Positions 50,285-62,360 of a stretch of 64,000 bases of DNA are shown piece after piece (within the stretch, counting starts at the first letter, position 1; every line of letters begins with the position of its first letter). The position numbers were made by a program, and so were the translations under genes. Location of the stretch: assembly GCF_963921235.1 (NCBI RefSeq), contig NC_086097.1, positions 138,014,001-138,078,000 of the forward strand, in the 5' to 3' direction. The notes under the pieces were generated by a model. It did no database searches and was not told where the DNA came from. It was given only the letters and a program-made list of their open reading frames with translations. This stretch comes from Mobula hypostoma (taxonomy: Eukaryota).

Positions 50285-52650
50285 CACAAAACCTGACAGC
50301 ATAAATGGCAGTGAGGCTTCACTACTCAATGAGCTCAATGCCTTTTATGCATGCTTTGAAAGGGAGAACACCACTACATCTGTGTGAATCCCCACACCAT
50401 ATAGCAACCCCCTTGTGACCTCTGCCTCAGAGGTCAACATCAAAGAAATTCCTTCAAGAGGGTGAAACCTCAGGGCCCAATGATGTACCTGGCCAGGTAC
50501 TGAAAACCTGCAGTAGCACAGGGAGATCTGGGAATACGGATCCACAGTTCTTTGAAAGTGATGTCATGGGTAGCCAGGGTTGCAAAGAGAGCTTTTGGCA
50601 CCTTGGCCTTCATAAATCGGAGCACTGAGTACAGGAGTTAGGATGTTATGTTGAAGTTGTAAAAGACATTGGTGAGGCCTAATTGGAGTATCGTGTCAAG
50701 TCCTGGTCACCTACCGGCAGGAAAGATGTCAATAAGACTGAAAGAGTACAGAGAAAATTTACAGGCCGTTGCCAGGACTTGAGGTCCTGAGTTATAGGTG
50801 AAACCCCCTGGTTTCCTTGGCTACATAAGTCTAGGGAAGACTCTCTCCGGACGCCTAAACATTGAACCAGGGCATTACATAGGGAAAGATTGAATAGCTT
50901 TGGACTTTAAAGATTCTCTGTATGAGGTGAGATCTTATAAAGGTATACAAAATTATGAGGGATATAGATAGGGTAAATGCATGCAGGCATTTTCCACATT
51001 GGTGGGTGAGACTAGAACTAGGTCATAGGTTAAGGGTGAAAGGAGAAATAGTTAAGGGGAACAAGAGGGAACCTTCACTCAGAGGATGGTACGAGTGTGG
51101 AATGAGCTGCCGGTGGAGGTGGCAAATGCAGGCTTGATTGCAACATTTAGGAGACCTTTGGGTAATTAGGTGGATGAGAGGGGTATGGACAGCTATGGTC
51201 CATGTACGATCAATGGAATGAGGCAGATTAACAGTTCAGCATGGACTGGATGGGCTGAAGGGCCTGTTACTGTGCTGTAGTGCTCTATGACTCGATGACC
51301 AGCTGGCTAGGGTGTTCAAGGACATCCTCAAATTTTCACAGCTGCAGTCAGAGGTTTCCACCTGCTTCAAAAGTGCAGCAGCCATACTGGTGCCCAGGGA
51401 GAGAAGGGTGAGTCGTCTCAGCAGCTACTGTGAGCTAGCACTCACATCTACCATAGTGGAGTATTTGGAGAGATTGCTTATGGCTAGAACTAACGCCAGC
51501 TTAAGCAAAGATCTGGACTTACTGCAGTTCTCCTACCACAACAACAGACCTACAGCGGACGCAATATTACTGGCTCTCTTTTCTGCTTTGCAACATCTAG
51601 ACAACAGGGAAACATATGCCAGGCTGCAGTTTATCGATGACTGCTTGGTGTTCAATATAATTGCCCCTCAGTATCAATCACCGAACTTCTAAACCTGGGC
51701 CTCAGTACCTCCCTAACTAACTGGACCTTCCACTTCCTCAACAGGAGACCACAGTCTTGGTGATAACATCTCATCATAGACTATTAACATTGGCACATCT
51801 CAAAGACGAGATTAGCCCACTGCTCTACTGTCTCTACACTCATGACTGCGTGGCTAAGTACAGCTCCAACACTATTTATAAATTCAGAGATGATACCACT
51901 GTTGGCACACTCTCAGGTGGCAGCGAAGAGGCGTGGAGGAGTGAGATAGATAGGCTGGTTGAGTGATGTCACAACAACCACCTGGAAGCCAGCAGAAAAT
52001 TGATTGAGGATTCAGGAAGAGGAAGTTGGGAAAACACGGTCCAGTCCTCATTGAGTGCTCAGTTGTGGAAAGGTGAGCCAATTCAAGTTTCTGGGTGTCG
52101 ACATTTCGGAGGATCTAGCCAGGCCCGACACATTGATGCAGTCAGGAAGAAGGCACACCAGTAGCTCTATTAGGTGGTTGTGGTGATTTGGTATGTCACC
52201 AAATATCCTTGCAATTTTCTATAGACGTACAGTATAGAGCATGCTGACCAGTTATATCACAGCAGGGCATGGAAGCTCCAGTGCAAAGGATTGCTAGAGG
52301 CTGCAGAGGACTGTAGAGTCTGCCGGCTCCCTCATAGCACAACTTTCCCTGCCACCGAGGACATCTTCAAGAGGGTGGTGCCATCTGTCGCTAAAGACTT
52401 TCACCATCTTGCGAAGACATGCCTTCTCCTTGTTCCTACAAGGTACAGGAGCCTGAAGGCCCACATGCAACGATTCAGGAACTGCTACTTACCCTCCGCC
52501 GTCAGATTTATGAAAAGTCCGTGAACCCACGATCACTACCACATTATTCCCCTGGTCTTGCACTGTTTGTTTAATCATAGCAATTTTATGTCTTTGCACT
52601 CTACTGCTGCCAAAAAGCAACAAACTTCGCTGCAGATAAGACTGTGATAC
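50285..52650 (+). mobile_element. Degenerate Rex1/Babar-clade LINE, split by a CR1 insertion
   Basis: NELNAFYACFE; LKTC resumes after the CR1 as DQLARVFKDI; ALTSTIVEYLE, LDLLQFSY..NRPTADAI, SPLLYCLYTHDC, KFRDDTT, RYRSLKAH..RFRNCY.PSAVR. Confidence 0.85.
50512..51296 (+). mobile_element. CR1 3' fragment nested in the Rex1 element
   Basis: DVMLKL.KTLVRP, VYKIMRDIDRV; tail gtgctctatgactc. Confidence 0.85.
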
Positions 52651-53491
52651 TAAACCTAATCCTGAGACTGGTTGGCCTTCTGAGGTACTCCAGAAGACTG
52701 GGGAGCCCATCGCTTAACCCTGTCCCTGGCTTCAGGCACCAACTCCAGGATCATCTTCCTCCAGCTCTGTTCACTCTCCCTGCACCAGACTGCACCCAAG
52801 ACAGGTAGATCATCTCCATTCATCCACTGAAGGGAACTGGTGCTGAGGAAGGAAGGTCGGCTTCTTGTGTTCCATTTCTTTGAGATGTAGTAGCAGTGAC
52901 ATCATTTGAGTTGAGTATGATGTTCTCCTAAGGAGTTGTTTACTGGAGGGTCCTCAGGTGGTTGGAGAGGCTGATCTGGGATTTTATGGTGGATTCCCTT
53001 AATGGAGGTCGCCTGTGTGTAAGATAAATATAGCTCACTTTAGACAACATCAAGCAATAAACTAAATTTGAATTGATTTTCAATTATGATTATATTTATT
53101 AGGTACATTCACCTAATCGATATAATTCTTAATTTGATTCAATTCAAATCTAGTTCATTATTTTATGTTGTCTAATATTAAAGATAAGTACACAGAGATT
53201 TCTTAGTAACTTTTTGAAGATTTTAAAAATTATAATTGTAGAATATTTTAAGCTGTTGCTGTATGTCACAGACATCCACTGATGTGCAATGCCTGGTAAT
53301 GTCGGTATTAACCCTGGGCCAGAGCTCCTGTGACTGTGTGGCTTTTCAGAGGGAGATTTACATTTGCAGCAGAAAACTCACCGCGCTGGGCCTCGCCACA
53401 GAGGCCAGCTGTGGGTTCATGTTACTGCAGTATATCGGGGGGTGGGGGCGCGTGCAGGGGCAGTCAACACTGAATCACAACATCTTATAAA

Positions 53492-54302
53492 CAATATCCC
53501 CTCTCATTTGTAATGACCAGTGTGTGCAAAAATCTTGTGCTGTGCAATTTCTTGCCCAGTGACAACAACATGTGTGCACTGAATTTTATATGTACAGGTA
53601 TTCATTTTAACAGCTAGCAAAGCACTGTCAATAAGAACTTTGATCTCCTCTGAGTTTGATTGTTTTCGCTCTTGTTCATCTGCGCTCTCATAAAACATAC
53701 GTAGCAGGCCTGTGGTGGGTAATGAAGAATTTTCTCGCCAGAGCTTTTGCACACCATCCACGTGTGATTTGCTTGCTACATGACGCTTTAAAAAGTTGTT
53801 TCCAAATATCACTCCATTTCTTCCCACTTGCAAATTCTCCAGCAACTTTTGCATCATGACAATACATGCAGGTAGCACCATTTTACTGTATTGCACCCAA
53901 GTATTTCTCGAAGCTGTACGTTCCTGACCTCATGTGCTTTCGGTGTAGCAGTTTCTACGGTTTCATTAAGCCATTCACTTTAAATGAATGAGCAGATCTT
54001 TCTGTTTCATGCTCTTTACTTCTTTGGAATTCAAGACAATGAATCAATAATTTCTTCAATAAGAACAGTGTAAATAAACCAGATCTAAAATCTGCAGACA
54101 ACTCATCACAAACTCCACGTTGTCAACACCATCCATATCAGAAACCGGAAAAGGAAATGTGATTGTGTACGACTGTGAAATATACTTAACATGCCAATGA
54201 GGCAGACGGTGACAACCTTTTGTGCACGGTTTCAATTCCTTTGTGTGCTAGTAGCAAAAGAGGAGTGCGTGCGCACATGTGCACACCTTAGAGGGAACAT
54301 TG
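53492..54302 (-). mobile_element. Internally deleted hAT-like DNA transposon (Tip100-type termini)
   Basis: Imperfect TIRs CAATATCCCCTCTCA (53492-53506) and reverse-complement CAATGTTCCCTCTAA (54288-54302). Internal minus frame FLKRHVASKSHVDGVQKL resembles the zinc-finger N-terminus of hAT transposases. No clear 8-bp TSD. Confidence 0.6.
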
Positions 54303-56139
54303 CTAAAGTGTAAAGAACTGTCTTTTGAGCTGACAATTGATCACCGTAGCTCTGGAACCACAAAATCATCTGATGATGTTCTGCCATTTCCACAACCTTG
54401 AGGCTATTGTTCCACTGTAGTTGGCAGTGTCCGCCCTCGTTTCTCACAGCCTGCCTGTTCTCTACCCTCAGCTATAGATCGTCCAATTACACACTTTGCT
54501 CTGAGACCTCTGAGGATCCGCACAAGAGTTTCATCCTTCTGTGGTAACAGCAGCAAACTCCCATCTGTTCAGCAAACTGCTGGACTGTGTGCGACTTAAC
54601 CCCGTGCCACATGCCACCCCTCTTACAAAGATACTTTGGTGCCCACGTATCCCCGGAGATCTTATGGGACTGTTAGGGCTGAAGTACATCCATATAAGGA
54701 CAGGCATTTGCTTTTGATCTTGAATTTTGCAAATATTCCCCTGGAAATGATGTGCATTTTGTAATTTTCTAAAAAAAAGTCTCTTTTCTAAAAAAAAGGA
54801 CACACTATTTCTGTGCTGGTCATAAATATTAAGCCCTGTAGAAGTTGGACTCATTTTCAAGGACTCTTCATCTCTTGTTCTCAATATTTATTGCTTATTT
54901 ATTTTCTATTGTTATTTCTTTTTTTCTTTTGTATTTTGCACAGTGTGTTGTCTTTTGCACACTGGTTATTTATCCACCCTGTTAGATGTGGTCTTTCATT
55001 GATTCTATTATGGTTTTTAGTTTACCAAGTATGCCCGCCCGCAAGAAAATTAATCTCAAGGATGTAAATGGAGACATATGTAGTATGTAGTTTGATCATA
55101 AACTTACTTTGAATGCACAGTCCAACACTATGAAGGTTTGTTGGTCCAGCACAGTGCAGAATAGGACTGCAGAGCCCACAGTCTATACTGACAGTTACTC
55201 ATGGTAGTTTGGCCAATTTGTCTCCCTCACTTCCATCCCATTTGCTCTGGAGGTTTTTGTTCCTCCAGGTATTTATCAGTCTAGTATTGAGCGTGCCTCA
55301 GAGTAAAATGTTTCAAAGAAGATTGAAGCAACAAGGAAATGATTGCTTCAATGATAAACTTCAACAGACAACAGGCATTAACTGCAGTAAATCACTCCAG
55401 TTCCTGGAGAAACATTGGCGACAAAGCAAAACTTCAGCCAGTCTTCCTTTTTATTCCTTGTAATCCTTCTTCAAATAAGGTACTCTGTGTATTTGCCCAG
55501 CAGCTGTGTAAATCTGAGCTCTTTGTATAATAAATCTCTTGCCATATAATTTGGGCCAGTTTCGAAGTGAGAAGAGTGATTATTTTCTCATGGTTTAGGT
55601 TAATCTCTGCTTTCCTTCCTCTTGCTGATTTTAGTTGGGCCTGGTCAGGTCAGAAATACCCAAGTGATTGAAATTAGGAATTGCAAACACGTCTGACACA
55701 GAGCAAGAGGGCCTCTGAACTAGAGGAAAATATATCAAGGGAAATTCTCATCAGCTCAGTCTTATCTTGGGTCTAGTTTCCACCTGGATTTGACATTTAA
55801 TGGCCAATTATTGCAGTACCCTGTAGTTGGGTCACACTGGGGTCTGTTGTTAATGACTTTGTTGGGTGTTTGATCATTTTGATGGATGGTGTATAAAATG
55901 CAGCAAAGATTCGAATTTCCCACCTTCCTGTGATACTGAGCTCTGATGCTTTATGGCAATTCCTACATGGTTGAATTAATAATTCCTGCATCTTCAACTC
56001 AACAGGTCCCTCAGCCGGGTTCAGGTTCTGCTCGTGTCAAGGTTGGGAGGAAAGTAGGAGGACAACTGTGTACCCTCTTGAATTCTAACCAGCGAACTGA
56101 TTCTGCAGTTGATCCCTTTTAATCTCCCAGATCTATTTT

Positions 56140-56495
56140 AATACGATGACTGAAAGGCCTGGATAGAGTGGACGTAGAGTGGATATTTCCACGAATACGA
56201 GTCAAGACAGAGCCCCAGAATTAAGGGATGTCCCTTTAAAATTAAGAAGAGGGTGAATTTCTTCAGCCAGAGGATAATGACTTTGTGGAATTCATTGCCA
56301 CAAAGGGCTGCGGAGGTCAAATCATTGGTGTATTTAAGGCAGAGATTTTCCGGTTCTAAATTGATAAGGGGAGATTAAAGGTTACAGGGAGAAGGTGGGA
56401 AAACTGAGCTGAAATGAAATCAGCCATGATTGAACGGAAGAGCAGATTCAATGGGCTGAATAGTCTAATTCTGCTCCTAAACGTATTATGATCAT
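56140..56495 (+). mobile_element. CR1 3' fragment
   Basis: KGLDRVDV, NFFSQRIMTLWNSLPQ, CR1-type 3'UTR. Confidence 0.75.
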
Positions 56496-58950
56496 GATGT
56501 ATCTCTACGCTTCTTATCTATAGGCGGTCCCTAAGAATCACATCCCCCTCCACAGTATGAGTGCTGAGGTGACTAATGAGGCTGATTTGGGAACCACAGT
56601 CTCTTCCCCAGAGGGGACAGGGGTGGGAGGGTGAGTACTTTGTGAAGAGGTGTATTCACTCCACAATTTACCCTGGGCTTCTGCATGTTCCCAGCGGGTA
56701 GACACAGGTCCTCAAGCCTACCCCAAGTGCTCCTTCTCCACAGCTGTGGCTACTCAGGAGTTGATGGGGTGTTGGGTTTTTCAGGGAAGCATTGATCATA
56801 ATCACCAGCTCTTTACGTTATCCAGCTGGTAACGTCTTCCCACAAGACAGCTTGAAACAAAGCGTTCGTTTCAAGACTCTAGTGTTGGGCATGCAAACAC
56901 CTTATGTTGATGGGGCCCCAGTGCTGAGGTGTTGGTTTGGGTGAGGACACAGATATTGGTTCCTGTATCCTCCATGTGAGTTCAGGGGACTTAGTAGAGA
57001 ATGAGTTGGTGCTATCCTTCAAGTACCTACTGCAGATCTGAATAGCATGCAGGAGGACAAGAACCGGCAGTTTTGTGAAACCACAATGTGTATGGACACA
57101 AAAACACACTTCACATTTACCTATTGACCTTATGGGTTTGTAGTTGACATTATGAGATGGAATTTTGATAGTTAGGGGGAAAGAAAGGAGATTCTTTGGC
57201 TGCAAAACAGCCACCAGGATGGTGTATTGCCTCCCAGGTGCTAACGTCCAGGATGTATTGGAGCAACTGTAGGATATTCTAAAGGAGGAGGGGAACTGCC
57301 GGAGGCCCTGGTGCATATTGGCACCAATGACATAGGCACAAAAGGGGAAGAGGTCCTACACAATGAGTATATAGATTTAGGAAAGATACTGAAGAGAAGG
57401 ATCTCCAAGGTTGTAATCTCCAAATTACTCCCTGTGGCACAGGCTAGTGCAGGTAGGAATGGGGAATTAGCACAATGAATGAGTGGCTGAAGAGATGGTA
57501 CAGGGGGCAGGATTTTAAGTTCTTGGACCATTGGAACCTTTTCTGGGGAAGGAGTGACCTGTACAAGAGGGACGGGTTGCACCTGAACTGGAGGGGAACC
57601 AATATCCTGGCAGGGAGGTTCGCTGATAGTAGTCAGAAGAGTTTAAATTAGTTTGCAGAGGGCTGGGGTCCCGAGCCTCAGGTCAGTAAGGGAAGGATTG
57701 GACCGGAGGGCAGATGTCAGGGAAAGTACTGAAAGGCAAAATCAAAACAGCAGGTACAATGAGTCAGATAGTTTGAAGTGTGTATATTTAATGCTAGGAG
57801 TATTATGTGTAAAGGTGATGAACTTAGAGCATGGATCAGTACTTGGAACCACGATGTTGTAGCCATTATTGAAACTTGGTTGAGAGAGGAGCAGGAATGG
57901 GTGATTAATGTACCAGTTTTCTGAAGTTTAAGAAAAGATAGAGGAGGAGGTAAGGGGGCGGGGGGGAGGAGTTGCACTACTAATCAGGGACAATATCCCA
58001 GCTGCACTCACAGCAGACATAATAGAGGGGTCAGACACTGCGTGTATTTGGGTGGAACTCAGGAATAGGAAAGGTGCAATCACGCTGATTGCAGACCTCT
58101 CAAAAGCCACGGGGACATTGAACAGCAGTTGTGTAATCAGATTAAGGAAATGTGTAAAAATAATAGGGCTGTTGTCATTGGGGATTTCAACTTCCCTAAT
58201 ATAAACTGCGACCTTCTTAGTGCAAGGGATTTAGATGGGGCAGAATTTGTTAAGTGTATCCAGGAAGGTTTCTTAAATCAATATGTGGATGGTCCAACGA
58301 CAGGAGGGCCGTACTGTACCTGGTGTTGGGTAATGTGCCTGGCCAGGTGACTGACCTTTCAGAGGGTGAACAGTGACCACAACTCATTAACTTTCAGGAT
58401 AGCTGTAGATAAGGATAGGTATGGTCCCTGTTGGAGAGATTTAAATTGGAGTAGGACAAATTACAGGGGCATTAGGCAGGAACTACGAATCGTTAACTGA
58501 TCACCTTTTCTCTGGTACGTCCACACCAGCCATGTGGAGGGTGTTTAAAGATCAATCGCTCAGAGTACAGGGAAAGTATGTTTCTGTTAGAAGGAAGGGC
58601 ATGGATGGAAAGATAAGAAAACCTTGGATGTCCAGAGAGGTGATGAATTTAATGAAGAAGGAAAAGGGAAAATACGTAAAGCCTTGGAAGTTAGGATCAA
58701 ATAGAGCACATGAGGATTATAAAGAAGAGAATTAGGAAAGCCGGGAGGGGCCAGAAAAAGTCCTTGGCAAGTCAGATTAAGGTGAATTCCAAGGCATTCT
58801 ATATATACATCAAGAGCAAGGAGATATCTAGGGAAAGGGTGGGAACATTTGCTTGCATGCAGAGAATGTGAGTGAGGTACTTAATGTGTAACACACATCA
58901 AAGTTGCTGGTGAACGCAGCAGGCCAAGCAGCATCTATAGGAAGAGGCGC

Positions 58951-58986
58951 AGTCGACGTTTCAGGCCGAGACCCTTCGTCAGGACT
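58951..58986 (-). ncRNA. Minimal type I hammerhead ribozyme motif
   Basis: Identical to the 36-nt motif at 40477-40512. Confidence 0.8.
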
Positions 58987-59437
58987 AACTGAAGGAAGAG
59001 TGAGTAAGGGATTTGAAAGCTGGAGGGGGAGGGGGAGATGCAAAATGATAGGAGAAGACAGGAGGGGGAGGGATAGAGCCGAGAGCTGGACAGGTGATAG
59101 GCAAAAGGGGATACGAGAGGATCATGGGACAGGAGGTCCGGGAAGAAAGACGGGGGGGGGGGTTGACCCAGAGGATGGGCAAGAGGTATATTCAGAGGGA
59201 CAGAGGGAGAAAAAGGAGAGTGAGAGAAAGAATGTGTGCATAAAAATGAGTAACAGATGGGGTACGATGGGGAGGTGGGGCCTAGCGGAAGTTAGAGAAG
59301 TCAATGTTAACATTCCCTTTTGCCTATCACCTGTCCAGCTCTCGGCTCTATCCCTCCCCCTCCTGTCTTCTCCTATCATTTTGCATCTCCCCCTCCCCCT
59401 CCAGCTTTCAAATCCCTTACTCACTCTTCCTTCGGTT

Positions 59438-59473
59438 AGCCCTGACGAAGGGTCTCGGCCTGAAACGTCGACT
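59438..59473 (+). ncRNA. Minimal hammerhead motif with one stem I mismatch
   Basis: AGCC-CTGACGA-A-GGGT-CTCG-GCCT-GAAACGTC-GACT. Confidence 0.7.
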
Positions 59474-59914
59474 GCGCCTCTTCCTATAGATGCTGCTTGG
59501 CCTGCTGCGTTCACCAGCAACTTTGATGTGTGTTGCTTGAATTTCCAGCATCTGCAGAATTCCTGTTGTTTGTACTTAATGTGTACTTTGCTTCAGTATT
59601 TACCAAGGAAAAAGATATGGAGGACCAGGGGATCAGCACTGAGTTTATAAATATGTTAGGGCATTTAGATGTCAAGGTCGAGGAAATGATGGGCCTCCTA
59701 ATGAGTATTAGGGTGGATAAGTCCCTAGGGCCTAATGCAATTTACTCCAGGTTATTTAAGGAGGCAAGAGACAAGAGACAAGATTACTGGGCCCTTGACC
59801 AGTATCTTCGTGCCCTCTCTAGCCACAAGCAAGGTCCCAGAGGACAGGTGAGTGGCTAATGTTGTACCTCTATTTAAGAAGGGAACAAGGGAAAATCCTG
59901 GGAATTATAGACCA

Positions 59915-62360
59915 TAAAACCATAAGACATAGGAGAAGAATTAGGCCATCTGGCCCATCCAGTCTGCTCCACCATTCAATCATGGTTGATCCTTTTTTTT
60001 CAACTCCTCCTCAACCCCAGTTCCCTGCCTTCTCCCCACAACCTTTGATTCTATGTCCAATCAAGAACCTATCAAACTCCGTATTAAATACACCCAATGA
60101 CCTGGCCTCCACAGCTGCATGTGGCAACAAATTCCACAAATTCACCACCCTTTGGCTAAAGAAATTTCTCCGCATCTCTGTTTTGAAAAGGCTCTATCAT
60201 GAGGCTGTGCCCTCTTGTCCTAGACTCTCCCACCATGGGAAACATCCTTTCCACACCTACTCTGTCTAGGCCTTTCAACATTTGAAAGGTTTCAATGAGA
60301 TTCCCCCCTCATCCTTCTGAATTCCAGCGGGTACAGACCCAAAGCCATCAAAGCCTCGTATGATAATCCTTTCATTCCTGGAATCATCCTTGTGAACCTC
60401 CTCTGAACCCTCTCCAATATCAGCACATCTTTTCTAAGCGGAGGAGCCCAGAACTGTTCACAATACTCAAGGTGAGGCCTCACCAGTGACTTATAAAGCC
60501 TCAGCATCACCATCCTTGCTCTTGTATTCTAGACTTCTTGAAATGAATGCTAACGTGGCATTTGCCTTCCTCACCACCGACTCAACCTGCAAGTTAACCT
60601 TTAGGGTGTTCTGCACAAGGACTCCCAAGTCCCTCGGCATCTCAGATTCCTGGATTTTCTCCCCATTTAGAAATATGTATTTCTACTACCAAAGTGTATG
60701 ACCATGCATTTTCCAACATTGTATTTCATTTGCCACTTTCTTGCCTACTCTCCCAGTCTGTCTAAGTCCTTCTGCATCTTACCTGTTTCCTCAACACTAT
60801 CTGCCCTCCACCAATCTTCATATCATCTGCAAAATTGGCAACAAAGCCATCTATTCCATCACCTAAATCATTTATATACAGCATTAAAAAAGTGGTCCCA
60901 ACACCAACCACTAGTCACTGGCAGCCAACCAGACAAGGATCCTTTTATTCCCACTTGCTGCCTCTTACCAATCAGCCAATGCTCTAACCATGTTAGTAAC
61001 TTTCCTGTTATGCCATGGGCTCTTAACTTGGTAGGCAGCCTCATATGTGGCACCTTGTCAAAGGCCTTCTGAAAGTCCAAATATACAACATCCACTGCAT
61101 CCTCTTTATCTATCTTACTTGTGATCTCCTCAAAGAATTCCAACAGGTTCATCAGACAGGATTTTCCCTGAAGGAAACCATGCTGACTTTGTACTATCTT
61201 GTCCTGTGTCACCAAGTACGCCATCAGCTCATCCTTAACAATTGACTCTAACATCTTCTCAACCGGTCTATAATTTCCTTTCTGCTGCCTTCCTCCTTTC
61301 TTAAAGAGTGTATGAGTGCAATTTTCCAGTCCTCTGGCACCATGCCAGAGTCCAATGACTTTTGAAAAATTATTTCTAATGCCACCATAATCTCTAACAT
61401 TACCTCTTTCAGAACCCTAGGATGCAGTTCCTTGGTCTGGGTGACTTATGTCCCTTTAGGTCTTTCAGCTTTTTGAGCACCCTCTCCCTTGTAATAGTAA
61501 CTGCACTCACTTCCCTTCCTTCACACACTACAACATCAGGCATACTGCTAGTGTCTTCCACAGTGAAGACTGATGCAAAATGCTTATTTCGTTCATCAGC
61601 CATCTCCTTGTCCTGTTATTATTTCTCCTGCCTCATTTTCTAACAGTCCTATATTCACTCTCACTTCTCTTTTATTTTTAACATACTTGAAAGAAAATTT
61701 TACTATCCACTTTGATATTATTTGCTAGCTTGCTTTCATATTTCAACTTTTCCCTTCTAATGATTTTTTTAGTTGCTCTTTGTCGGTTTTTAAAAACTTC
61801 CCAATCTTTTATCTTCCTACTAACTTTTGTTTTGTTGCATGCCCCTTCTTTTGTTTTTACATTAGCTTTGACTTCCCTTGTCAGCCATGATTGACTATTT
61901 TACCATTTGAGTATTTCTTCATTTTTGGAATACACACGTCCTGCACCTTCCTCATTTTCCCCACAAACGCACGCCATTGCTGCTCTGCTGACATCCCTGC
62001 CAGCAGGTCCTTCCAATTTACTTTGGCCAACTCCGCTCTCATACCACGGTGATTTCCCTTACTCCACTGAAATACTGCTACATCAGACTTTACTTTCTTC
62101 CTATTAAATTTCAAGTTGAACACAATCATATTGTGATCACTGGTTCCTAAGGGTTCTTTCACCTTAAGCTCCCTAATCACCTCCGGTTCTTTACATAACA
62201 CCCAATCCAATATAGCTGATCCCCTAGTAGGCTCAATGACAAACTGCTGTAAAAAGCTATCTCTTAGACATTCAACAAACTCACTTTCTTGAGATCCATT
62301 ACCAACCAGATTTTCCCAATCGACCTGCATGTTCAAATCTCCCATGACCACTATAACATG
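59915..62360 (-). mobile_element. CR1 LINE nested antisense in another CR1
   Basis: Tail accataaaaccataagacat; ORF fragments GDLNMQVDWEN, SDHNMI, QHGFLQGKSC, DFQKAFDKVPH, LYKSLVRPHLEYC. Related to 46847-50015. Confidence 0.93.

Larger units (their letters stand above)
58891..59571. mobile_element. PLE insertion with inverted terminal repeats and 14-bp TSD
   Basis: 58890-59109 and 59315-59534 are reverse complements with 2 differences. The spacer holds the ORF end NIDFSNFR* on the minus strand. GTACTTAATGTGTA at 58877-58890 and 59572-59585. Confidence 0.95.

Noticed and set aside
58904..59650. 248-aa ORF and identical peptides on both strands
   Set aside because: Produced by the PLE inverted repeat, not a gene.
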